Shown here: piece by piece, positions 1 through 7,976 of the stretch
Layout: each line of letters begins with the position of its first letter
Numbering within the stretch: position 1 is the stretch's first letter
DNA from: Alphaproteobacteria bacterium
Lineage (GTDB): Bacteria; Pseudomonadota; Alphaproteobacteria; Micavibrionales; Micavibrionaceae
Length of the DNA stretch: 64,000 nt
Assembly (NCBI GenBank): GCA_020443295.1
Contig: JAGRIJ010000018.1
Span: forward strand, 1,249 to 65,248
Reading direction: 5' to 3'
Notes under the pieces: model-generated
Told to the model about the DNA's origin: nothing
Databases searched by the model: none
Seen by the model: the letters and a program-made list of their open reading frames with translations, nothing else
Position numbers and translations under genes: made by a program

Positions 1-173
1 TCTTGTCCGCGTTTCCTGATGTGAAGGATGAGAACGGGATCCGGCACAGGGACTCAGAAGCGCGCGGGTGGATCGGGAATGACACCAAGCTAGCTTTGGC
101 TGTTTTCGGTACCGCTCGTTCTTTGAATATTTCCAAGACGGATATGGGTTATCAGGAAGCAGATTTTGGTTAA
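1..173 (+). CDS. 3' end of an unidentified upstream gene (partial, runs off the left edge)
   Basis: The frame starting at nt 3 is stop-free to TAA at 171-173 (57 codons, ...GWIGNDTKLALAVFGTARSLNISKTDMGYQEADFG*). No family recognised. It does not look like a DnaA C-terminus. Confidence 0.35.
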   Translation, partial: LSAFPDVKDENGIRHRDSEARGWIGNDTKLALAVFGTARSLNISKTDMGYQEADFG

Positions 174-285
174 TTTTTTTATGAATATCCTTAAACAGGC
201 GGGTTTAAGGGCTTTATTGTCGAATCAAGCTTGTGCTAGACTTTAACTGCTTTCATAAATTCTGTCAGACGTAAGAGTTTTCGCC

Positions 286-1401
286 ATGAAGTTTGTCATT
301 GACCGCGCCGCGCTCCTGAGATCACTGAACCATGTCCAAAGTGCCGTTGAGCGCAGGAATACCATTCCGATCCTTTCCAATGTTCTTATGAAAGCCGAGA
401 AAGGCTCGTTGACTTTGTCCACGACGGATATGGATCTTGAGATTAATGAGACGGTTGCCGCAACCGTTCCGCAAACGGGTGCTACAACGGCTCCGGCCCA
501 CACGCTGTATGATATCGTCCGCAAACTGTCCGATGACTCGCAGGTTGAGGTGATCCTCAATAAGGACGGTACGCAGATGACCGTGCAGGCCGGGCGTTCA
601 GATTTCAAACTCAGTTGTCTGCCTGTCGCGGATTTCCCGGAAATTTCCATTGGGGAATTGCCCGTTTCCTTTTCCATTCCCGCTTCGGAGCTTCGTTCGC
701 TGATCGACCGGACAAAATTTGCCATGTCGACCGAAGAGACGCGCTATTACCTGAATGGTATATATGTACATGAGGCGGAGAGCAGCGGAATTCCCGTTTT
801 GCGCGCTGTCGCTACGGACGGGCACCGTCTGGCCCGTTTCGAGATGCCCTTGCCGGACGGCGCTTCGGGCATGCCCGGTGTAATCATTCCCCGCAAGACG
901 GTTGGCGAGCTTCGCAAGCTGATAGATGAGGCGGCGGATTTGATTAAAGTTTCCCTCTCGGAAAATAAAATCCGGTTTTCGTTCGATCATGCCGTCCTGA
1001 CTTCGAAACTGATCGATGGAACTTTCCCCGACTACCAGCGTGTGATTCCGCAGGGTAATGACAAGGTGGTGGAAGTTGATCCTAAAGTCTTTACGGGTGC
1101 GATCGACCGCGTTTCCACTATTTCCGATGGTAAATCGCGTGCGCTCAAAATTACGCTGCGCGGTAAACAGATGACGCTTTCGGCCAGTTCTCCGGAAGCG
1201 GGCAGTGCGACGGAAGAGATGGAAGTAAATGGCGATACCGATCTGGAGATCGGGTTCAACGCCAAGTATCTTCTGGACATCACCTCGCAGATCGAAGGGG
1301 AAGGGTGCCGTCTGACCATGGCGGATTCGGCCAGTCCGACGATTATTCAGGATAACGGCGATCCGAGCGCCCTTTATGTATTAATGCCGCTGCGGGTTTA
1401 G
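286..1401 (+). CDS. dnaN: DNA polymerase III beta sliding clamp
   Basis: The 371-aa ORF starts MKFVIDRAALLRSLNHVQSAVERRNTIPILSNVLM and ends ...PSALYVLMPLRV, the typical beta-clamp layout. recF follows nearby. Confidence 0.95.
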   Translation: MKFVIDRAALLRSLNHVQSAVERRNTIPILSNVLMKAEKGSLTLSTTDMDLEINETVAATVPQTGATTAPAHTLYDIVRKLSDDSQVEVILNKDGTQMTVQAGRSDFKLSCLPVADFPEISIGELPVSFSIPASELRSLIDRTKFAMSTEETRYYLNGIYVHEAESSGIPVLRAVATDGHRLARFEMPLPDGASGMPGVIIPRKTVGELRKLIDEAADLIKVSLSENKIRFSFDHAVLTSKLIDGTFPDYQRVIPQGNDKVVEVDPKVFTGAIDRVSTISDGKSRALKITLRGKQMTLSASSPEAGSATEEMEVNGDTDLEIGFNAKYLLDITSQIEGEGCRLTMADSASPTIIQDNGDPSALYVLMPLRV

Positions 1402-1416
1402 GCCGAGCGGCATTAA
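1381..1416. terminator. Hairpin overlapping the dnaN stop, between convergent dnaN and the secreted-protein gene
   Basis: TTAATGCCGCT (1381-1391) pairs with AGCGGCATTAA (1406-1416) around a 14-nt loop. No clean T-run follows on either strand, so a terminator function is uncertain. Confidence 0.3.
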
Positions 1417-1445
1417 AAAGATTATCCGATTTACAAAATAAATGA

Positions 1446-1985
1446 TTAACGGTGGTGCGCGGGAGCAGTCGTAATCAGTTCGACGACAGGATCGTTTGTC
1501 CCGTTGAAGGTGATGGTTGCCACACGGCGCCCATGATCGTAGCAGGTGGCGATGAATGCCTGTGTCGTGGTTCCTGCGCCGCTCGAGCTTCTTTGCGCGG
1601 AGCCTCTTTCGGCCGAGACGGCTCCCCGTTGGGGCATGGCCACTCCGCCTGCTGTTGCTGCAGAGTTCGTGGTTGTCGCAGCCGTGCTGACATAGTTGCT
1701 GGATGCCGTCAGGCAGTCCTCAACGCTTGCAATGGGCAAGGGCTGCGGTGGCGTGCGATGCGCGGAGTCAGCATCTTGTGATGTGTCAGCTGCTGCCGTT
1801 GTGTCAGGGGGCATTGATACGGTGTTGAAGACAGAACGTCCGCCAACCTGTACCACGACCATGTCCGCATGGACCTTTGTCAAATCCGGTTTCGTTTCCT
1901 GTGCTGAAGCGTCGCCCGGGGCTGTAACTACGAGAAGAGCGCTCAGACCGGCGGCGGTAATGAATTGTTGTAACTTGTTAGCCAT
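1446..1985 (-). CDS. Secreted Ala/Thr/Ser-rich hypothetical protein
   Basis: The second ATG, at 1985, is preceded by GGGGGA. There is a Sec-type signal (MANKLQQFITAAGLSALLVVTAPGDASAQE). No family recognised. The plus-strand ORFs over the same DNA look like shadows. Confidence 0.55.
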   Translation of the reverse strand: MANKLQQFITAAGLSALLVVTAPGDASAQETKPDLTKVHADMVVVQVGGRSVFNTVSMPPDTTAAADTSQDADSAHRTPPQPLPIASVEDCLTASSNYVSTAATTTNSAATAGGVAMPQRGAVSAERGSAQRSSSGAGTTTQAFIATCYDHGRRVATITFNGTNDPVVELITTAPAHHR

Positions 1986-2118
1986 GGGTTTTCCCCCCAT
2001 TCGTTAAAAATGAAACATATATACTATATGGAAATAATATAGACTTGCTTAAGAAGTCAAATCTTTATCTAGCCATATAAGGCCTCCCTTTTAGCATATT
2101 TCTTGATTAAAAAGAACC

Positions 2119-3252
2119 ATGGCGTGGATTCGAACTCTCAAACTGCACTCTTTCCGATCGTACGAAACGGCGGAATTGGCTGATCTCCGGGCGGGATTGC
2201 TGATTTTTTACGGGCCGAACGGGGCCGGGAAGACCAATATTCTCGAGGCTGTTTCGCTGCTTTCCCCCGGGCGGGGGTTACGCGGGGCCCGGCTGGGGGA
2301 GATCCAGAGGCAGGGAGCGCCAGATTCGTGGGCTGTGGCGGCGGAGGTTCAGACCGGGCAGGAAGCTGTCCGGCTGGGGACGGGGCTTGATCCGGAGAGG
2401 GGGGCCGGACCCGAAAAACGGGTCGTGCGGGTGAACGGGAAAACGGCTAAGGGGCAGAACGCTTTGGCGGATTATTTGTCCTGTGTCTGGCTGACGCCGC
2501 AAATGGACGGGCTTTTCCTTGAATCCTCGCGAGAGAGACGGCGGTTTCTCGACCGTCTTGTATTCGGGTTCGATCCCGGTCATTCGGGACGGGTCACGCG
2601 TTATGAGAATGCGCTGGCGCAGCGTTCCCGTTTGTTGCGGGAAGGGAAAGGCGATCCTTCGTGGCTTTCGGGGCTTGAGCAGCAGATGGCGGAAACGGGG
2701 ACAGCCATTGCGGCTGCGCGGCTGGATTTTGCTCATCGGTTACAGGCGGCCTGCAGATCTGCCGAGAACGACCATTTTCCGCTGGTCCAGCTTTCTCTGG
2801 CCGGAACTCTGGAAGAGGCGCTGAAACACGGGAAGGCACTGGATGTTGAGGCTGAATTCCGTGACGCTCTTTCGCAGAGCCGGAGAAAGGACGCGGAAAC
2901 GGGAGGGGCCGAGGCCGGGCCGCATAAGAGCGATCTGGAGGTTGTTTATGCCGACAAAGGGATGAATGCCGCGCAGTGTTCAACCGGGGAGCAGAAGGCT
3001 CTTTTAACCGGTCTTATTCTTGCTCATGCCCAGTTAATCGCTGCCGAACGTGGCGAGCCGCCGATCCTGCTTCTTGACGAGGTTGCGGCCCATCTGGATG
3101 AATCGCGAAGGGCTGCCCTTTACGAGATTTTGGAGGGGCTGAACGCGCAGGTGTGGCTGACCGGAACGGATCAGGCTGTTTTCGATGCTGTGAGGAAGCG
3201 CGCGCATTTTTTTACTGTAAGAGAATCACTTATTGAAGCGGTCGAGACATAA
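2119..3252 (+). CDS. recF: DNA replication and repair protein RecF
   Basis: N-terminus MAWIRTLKLHSFRSYE...FYGPNGAGKTNILEAVSLL carries the Walker A motif. The SMC-like signature is CSTGEQKALL and Walker B is ILLLDEVAAHLD. Confidence 0.93.
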   Translation: MAWIRTLKLHSFRSYETAELADLRAGLLIFYGPNGAGKTNILEAVSLLSPGRGLRGARLGEIQRQGAPDSWAVAAEVQTGQEAVRLGTGLDPERGAGPEKRVVRVNGKTAKGQNALADYLSCVWLTPQMDGLFLESSRERRRFLDRLVFGFDPGHSGRVTRYENALAQRSRLLREGKGDPSWLSGLEQQMAETGTAIAAARLDFAHRLQAACRSAENDHFPLVQLSLAGTLEEALKHGKALDVEAEFRDALSQSRRKDAETGGAEAGPHKSDLEVVYADKGMNAAQCSTGEQKALLTGLILAHAQLIAAERGEPPILLLDEVAAHLDESRRAALYEILEGLNAQVWLTGTDQAVFDAVRKRAHFFTVRESLIEAVET

Positions 3253-3365
3253 AATTTTTCTTTCCGGATTTTTTTATGCGCTTTCAGCCAGATAGTCTCT
3301 CTTTGGTTTTTTCTTCTCCGTTTGAGGATTGATCGGTTGAATATCAATGGCTATAGTCGGCCACC

Positions 3366-4265
3366 ATGCTTGGATTACAGCACGTCAGAATTACGCCTTC
3401 GATGCTCAAGCTCGCCTGTGCGGTCGATGAGTTCAAGGGCGCGTGGACCGCTCTTGAAAACCATACAACATCGCTACAAATTTTGGGAGATGTGTCCAAT
3501 TTCGGCCGGAATTTAAAAGAAATCGCAGGAGCTTGGCAGAACAAGGTGATCGATGAAGAGATGGTCTGCAAGCTGCATGGGCTTTTCTCGGGATCGAAGA
3601 AAACAAGTTCTTATCGCAGCGGGCCGCATACGCTGAATATCTACCAGAATGATGCGCTGGTCGGCGTGCTTGAGACGGCGACTCCCGAAGAGGTGCGGGC
3701 GCTTATGCCTCGTCTGATCCATTGGGTAACGGAAGCGCTGGAAAAGGGGGAAATTCATCCGCTTTTTGTCATTGCCATTTTTACAGCGGTTTTCCTGCAA
3801 CTTTGTCCGTTCGAGAAGGGAAACCAGAAACTTGCGAGGATTCTCGCGGTTTTACTGCTTCTGAAAAGTCATTACAGCTATGCGCCGTTCAGTCTTCTCG
3901 ATCAAATTTTTTCCGAGAAGGGCGAAGCCTATTTCAACTCCCTGAAACATACGCAGGAGACCCTTGCCGCGGGACGTGTGGATTGGGATGTGTGGATCGG
4001 GTTTTTCCTTGAGATCCTTTGCGACCAGAAGAACGTGCTTCAGGGGCGTCTTGAAAAAGGGCGGCCGGAGATCGCGAACATGCCTTCGCTGTCGACCAAG
4101 GTTCTGCGCCTGTTCGACAAGCATGAGCGGATGAGCATGAAGGAAATTGAGAGGCTTACCCGCGGGAAGCGGTCTACGCTGAAGCTGCGGCTTGGCGAAC
4201 TTGTCGATGAAGGATATCTCGTCAGGCATGGAAAAGCGCGTGCGACCTGGTATTCCCGGGTTTAG
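3366..4265 (+). CDS. Fic/DOC-fold protein with a degenerate active-site motif and a C-terminal winged-helix domain
   Basis: The core reads IHPLFVIAIFTAVFLQLCPFEKGNQKLARILAVLLLL and aligns to the Fic motif HPFx(D/E)GNGRxxR. The changes are H->C, G->Q and R->K. The C-terminus MSMKEIERLTRGKRSTLKLRLGELVDEGYLVRHGKARATWY is wHTH-like. Confidence 0.7.
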   Translation: MLGLQHVRITPSMLKLACAVDEFKGAWTALENHTTSLQILGDVSNFGRNLKEIAGAWQNKVIDEEMVCKLHGLFSGSKKTSSYRSGPHTLNIYQNDALVGVLETATPEEVRALMPRLIHWVTEALEKGEIHPLFVIAIFTAVFLQLCPFEKGNQKLARILAVLLLLKSHYSYAPFSLLDQIFSEKGEAYFNSLKHTQETLAAGRVDWDVWIGFFLEILCDQKNVLQGRLEKGRPEIANMPSLSTKVLRLFDKHERMSMKEIERLTRGKRSTLKLRLGELVDEGYLVRHGKARATWYSRV

Positions 4266-4281
4266 GTTTTAGCGGTTACTT

Positions 4282-7200
4282 TCAGGGCTTGTTCTCGCCG
4301 TCTTCGCTTTTTCCGTCACCGTTCTCGTGCCCGTTTCCATTTCCATTTTTCAGGAGAGAGTCCGCGAGGTCTTCGCCTGCCTTTTTAAGCGTGTCTCCGG
4401 CTTCCTGCGGGAGCGCTGCCGTTTCTGCAGGCGGCGGCGTTGCCGGTTTTTGCGTTGAAAAGATGGCCGGTTTTTCCGGTGGTGGCTGCTGAGCTTCGCC
4501 AGAGGAGGCTGGCGGAGGCGCTGTTGCTGCGGGTGGCGTTACAGGAGGAGCCGGAGGAGGTGTAACGGGCTGCGCTGTTTCCGCGGCGGGCGGCGTTTGT
4601 GCCGCAGGGGTTCCTCCAAAAATTGCAGGTTTTTCAGCAGGGGGCGCCGCTTGTGCTGCTGCCGGAGGAGCGGCAGGCGTTTCCGCCGGCGTTTGTGTTG
4701 CCGGAGCGCTGCCAAAGATGGCCGGTTTTTCCGGTTGTTGTTGAGCTTCGCCAGAAGAGGCTGGCGGGGGTGTCGTTGCTGCGGGCGGTGGTGCCGCAGG
4801 AGGTGTTGCAGGGGGTTCTGCCGGAGATTTTGCAGCCGGAGTTCCCCCAAAGACCGCGGGTTTTTCCGTTGCGGGAGCTGCTGGCGGTGTTGTAGCAGGG
4901 GGGCTGGCCGGAGGCTGTACCGGGGTCTTGGCTACAGGAGCTCCGCCGAAGATCGCGGGCTTTTCGGCGGGTGGCGCTGATACGGGCGGTGGTGCTGCAG
5001 GAGTAGCAGGGGGCGGCGGCGCAGATGTTGTCGGCGGAGGCGTCGTCGATGCCGGAGATTTGCTGAAGAAGGACATCGGCGCGGCCCCCGCTTTTGCCGT
5101 TTCAGCGGTTGCCGGGGCGGAACCGGTTACAGTTTCTGCCTGCTTAACGATTTCAGCGGGTTTTTTGGCGACCAGAGGCGGCGCGGCTTTCTGGGCCACC
5201 TGTGCGACCGGAGAAGAGCCAGAAACAGTGGCAGGCGCAGCCGGTGTCGTTGCGGGGGGTGCGGTCGGCGGAGCAGATGGAGCAGTCGGGCCACCACCAG
5301 ATCCTCCACCCCCTCCTCCTGCCGGCGGGGGGTTGCCCTTGTCATCGGTGGCCGGGATTTCATGGTCGATCGCGTGGATGCTGACCAAGGCGGCGATCCC
5401 GGCATCAACGGGACTGATGCTCGGTTTGAGGCTCTTTTTGAAGCCTTCGTTCATCGCAGCAACTTCCTTGCTGGTTTCGATTGCGACATCGGCGCGCATG
5501 GCTGTCCAGCTCTTGTTGACCATCAGGTCGCGCAGTTTGCGGATGGAGGTGGAGTGTTTGACCACTTCCTCGTCCGGCGGCGGCAGGATCATAAAGCGCG
5601 TGACGCGCATCGCCTTGGCGTGGCCGGGGTTGGAGTAGAAAATCGCGCAGTCGACGACCGTATCGCCGAAGGTAACAACCGCCTGACCTTCGCGGAAACC
5701 GCGCAAGCTGTCATAGCTGGCGCGCGGGCGAAGCTGAACGCCGGCCTGCTTGGTGTCGTGATAAGCGCCGAATTCCGTCCCGCCCGCCATCTGGAAGCCT
5801 GAAACCTCCGTGACCATCGCGGAACCCACGGTTTTTTCGAAGAAGTCCTTGGTTTCGGTCGGGTCTTCGAGCTTGCCGAAAATCTTGATGTTACAGTTAC
5901 CGACAATCGAGTTCGCTTCCTCGCGGACCCGTTTTTTCATCGCGGGCAAATCCTGACCGGAGAAGACGAGACAGAAGCCCAGAGAACGGGCCTGAGCGGC
6001 CATAACCGCCATCCCCTGCGCGGTATAGTAACCGACCTCGTCGAAGACGGTCATGAACGGAGTTGCGGAGTGTGTCGGCTTGTTCTCGATAACGGTTTCA
6101 GAGGAACCTTCAACGGTGGAGCCGAGGGTCGAACCCATCATCCCTTTCATGGTCGCGGAGACGATTTTACCGAGGTTTGCGACCTCGTCGCCGGACTTTT
6201 CAAGGGCCGGGATCAGAACGATCAGGATCCGGCGGTTCAGAACCACGTCGACCATATCGACGTCTGCGGCCTGCGTATCGAAGATGTAACCGTAATCATC
6301 GCCCAAAGATTGCAGGGAGCGGGTGAACTGCATCGCCAGATAACCGTGCTGCTGGGATGCCGTTTCCGTGTTGTATTGCGGCGTATCGGGGCCGGGCGGT
6401 TTGACTTTACCGTTGTCGTCGTACGCGTCGTTTATGAAGCCCGGAAGGGTCTCAAGATATCCTTTAAGACCTGCACGGGTCGTTGTCGGCACTGCCTCGT
6501 CCCGAGAGAGTTTAATGACGTTCGCCAAAGTCAGGTAATCACGAATGGAACGGACCGAGAGAGGGATGTCCTGATTATCCCGTTTCCATGTCAAAGCGGG
6601 CATGATGGAACTGATCAAGGACACCGCCCGTTCTTTCCACATTGCGTTGTCGCCTTCCGCTTCGGGCATCAAGCTGACAAGCATGTTCACGAGGTAGGAC
6701 GCCGATCCGCTGGAAAACGGGTTCATTGTATTCGACGGGGCACGTACGTCCGCGTTTCCGGTCATGTAGTTCAGGACCAGTAGGTCGTCGTCTCTTCCAA
6801 ATCGGCGGACCAGCGACGAGAGGGAGGACCAGAGGTCTGTATCGGCTTTACCGTCGACGTATACGAAGCCGGACCCCCAGGCGAGTGCATTGGTCACCAT
6901 GGATTTCAGACCTTCGGTTTTACCGGCACCGGTCGTTCCGAGGTAGAGGATATGCGTTCGTGCGTCGGAGTTCGTAAACCAGACTTCCTCGTTGGTTTTT
7001 TCCACATTACCGAGATAGAGAATACCCTCGGCCTTGCCGGGCTTGCCGCCACGGCCATTGTTCATGTCCTTGAATTTCGATCCCTTCGGGAGTTTGAAGG
7101 CGAGGGTTCGGTCCCGGCCGCGCAGCCAGAGCCAGTAGAGAAACATGATTGCGACAATCAGATCTCCGAAAGTCTGCGCCCATTCATTGATGTAAACGGC

Positions 7201-7335
7201 CATGGCTGTGAGCATGAAAATAGAGGTCGAGTAGGACGGGTTGGACATCCCGTCGGCGACACGAACCGAAAGCGGGCGCACGTCCCGCAATATGGCTTCA
7301 TGTTTATGCTCGTACTTTCTCTGGTCTAATGCCAT
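4282..7335 (-). CDS. dotL: Type IVB secretion coupling protein, DotL/IcmO (TrbC of IncI) family, with a long low-complexity C-terminal extension
   Basis: There is an N-terminal membrane anchor, Walker A LGTTGAGKTEGL and Walker B FMTVFDEVGYY. Blocks VVLNRRILIVLIPALEKSGDEVANLGKI, QHGYLAMQFTR, ARSLGFCLVFSGQDLPA and NIKIFGKLEDPTET match my recollection of Legionella DotL. Confidence 0.85.
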   Translation of the reverse strand: MALDQRKYEHKHEAILRDVRPLSVRVADGMSNPSYSTSIFMLTAMAVYINEWAQTFGDLIVAIMFLYWLWLRGRDRTLAFKLPKGSKFKDMNNGRGGKPGKAEGILYLGNVEKTNEEVWFTNSDARTHILYLGTTGAGKTEGLKSMVTNALAWGSGFVYVDGKADTDLWSSLSSLVRRFGRDDDLLVLNYMTGNADVRAPSNTMNPFSSGSASYLVNMLVSLMPEAEGDNAMWKERAVSLISSIMPALTWKRDNQDIPLSVRSIRDYLTLANVIKLSRDEAVPTTTRAGLKGYLETLPGFINDAYDDNGKVKPPGPDTPQYNTETASQQHGYLAMQFTRSLQSLGDDYGYIFDTQAADVDMVDVVLNRRILIVLIPALEKSGDEVANLGKIVSATMKGMMGSTLGSTVEGSSETVIENKPTHSATPFMTVFDEVGYYTAQGMAVMAAQARSLGFCLVFSGQDLPAMKKRVREEANSIVGNCNIKIFGKLEDPTETKDFFEKTVGSAMVTEVSGFQMAGGTEFGAYHDTKQAGVQLRPRASYDSLRGFREGQAVVTFGDTVVDCAIFYSNPGHAKAMRVTRFMILPPPDEEVVKHSTSIRKLRDLMVNKSWTAMRADVAIETSKEVAAMNEGFKKSLKPSISPVDAGIAALVSIHAIDHEIPATDDKGNPPPAGGGGGGSGGGPTAPSAPPTAPPATTPAAPATVSGSSPVAQVAQKAAPPLVAKKPAEIVKQAETVTGSAPATAETAKAGAAPMSFFSKSPASTTPPPTTSAPPPPATPAAPPPVSAPPAEKPAIFGGAPVAKTPVQPPASPPATTPPAAPATEKPAVFGGTPAAKSPAEPPATPPAAPPPAATTPPPASSGEAQQQPEKPAIFGSAPATQTPAETPAAPPAAAQAAPPAEKPAIFGGTPAAQTPPAAETAQPVTPPPAPPVTPPAATAPPPASSGEAQQPPPEKPAIFSTQKPATPPPAETAALPQEAGDTLKKAGEDLADSLLKNGNGNGHENGDGKSEDGENKP
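4456..4965 (-). repeat. Five degenerate in-frame repeats encoding EKPA(I/V)FG(G/S) separated by P/A/T-rich spacers, inside the dotL 3' end
   Basis: The repeat units start at codons 791, 824, 869, 901 and 954 of the 1017-aa ORF. The SSGEAQQ(Q/P)P(P)EKPAIF context occurs twice. Confidence 0.8.
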
Positions 7336-7352
7336 GTTTTAAATCTTTTTCC

Positions 7353-7931
7353 TTAATTCTGCCTTCTGCTCAGGAAATCGTCTGCAGACACGGGAACTCC
7401 TGTTTCTTCCGAGGATGCGGAGGAGGAGGTTGCTTTTCTGCTCAGGATACTGTCGGTTGATCTGGGAATTGAAAACGACCATGCCATAACCAGCAGAAGA
7501 ATCATTACAACGGCCAAAACAGCGCCCGCTTTTCCACCGTGATGTGCCTCTCCAGAGGAAAATCTTGCCGGAGAAGCATTACTGATCGCGGGTTGCGAGT
7601 TGTTATGGTTGGCCGCACGGATAGCCTGAGGGCGGATTTTTCCGTGCGCGTTTTCCAGAGCATTCGAAGTGGCCATCAGCGCCTGAATGGCACTGGCGCG
7701 GTCTTCGTAGCTCGCGATATCTTCCACTTCTCCTTTGAGTGTTTTGAGGCAGAGGTTGAAGCGATTATTTTTCACGTCTTCCTTGACTTGCAGGGCCGAG
7801 GATTTGGCTTGTTCCAAGTCCATTTGCCAGACAACAGGGGTGTAGGCATCGGGAAGCGAGAGGATGAGTTTTCCATCGACGATGGATGCGCTGGAGACGA
7901 GAGGTTGATTTTGTTTTTTTGCCATTTTCAT
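7353..7931 (-). CDS. Hypothetical single-pass membrane protein between dotM and dotL
   Basis: The 192-aa ORF lies 45 nt after the dotM stop and 17 nt before the dotL start. It has a roughly 120-aa N-terminal soluble part, a TM segment GAVLAVVMILLLVMAWSF and a Ser-rich tail. No family recognised and no obvious SD. Confidence 0.6.
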   Translation of the reverse strand: MKMAKKQNQPLVSSASIVDGKLILSLPDAYTPVVWQMDLEQAKSSALQVKEDVKNNRFNLCLKTLKGEVEDIASYEDRASAIQALMATSNALENAHGKIRPQAIRAANHNNSQPAISNASPARFSSGEAHHGGKAGAVLAVVMILLLVMAWSFSIPRSTDSILSRKATSSSASSEETGVPVSADDFLSRRQN

Positions 7932-7976
7932 ATCTTGTTTCGGATGAAGGTTTTAAAAAGTAGTACTTAAATTCCG

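Noticed and set aside
1-285. Expectation of dnaA or oriC directly upstream of dnaN
   Set aside because: The upstream partial ORF does not resemble a DnaA C-terminus, and I saw no cluster of DnaA boxes. dnaA and dnaN are frequently unlinked in alphaproteobacteria, so this is not an anomaly.
4289-5802. Several plus-strand ORFs (67-236 aa) over the dotL 3' region
   Set aside because: Arg/Cys- or Gly/Ala-rich translations are typical of the reverse strand of Pro/Ala-rich repeat DNA. The minus-strand frame is continuous with the DotL ATPase.
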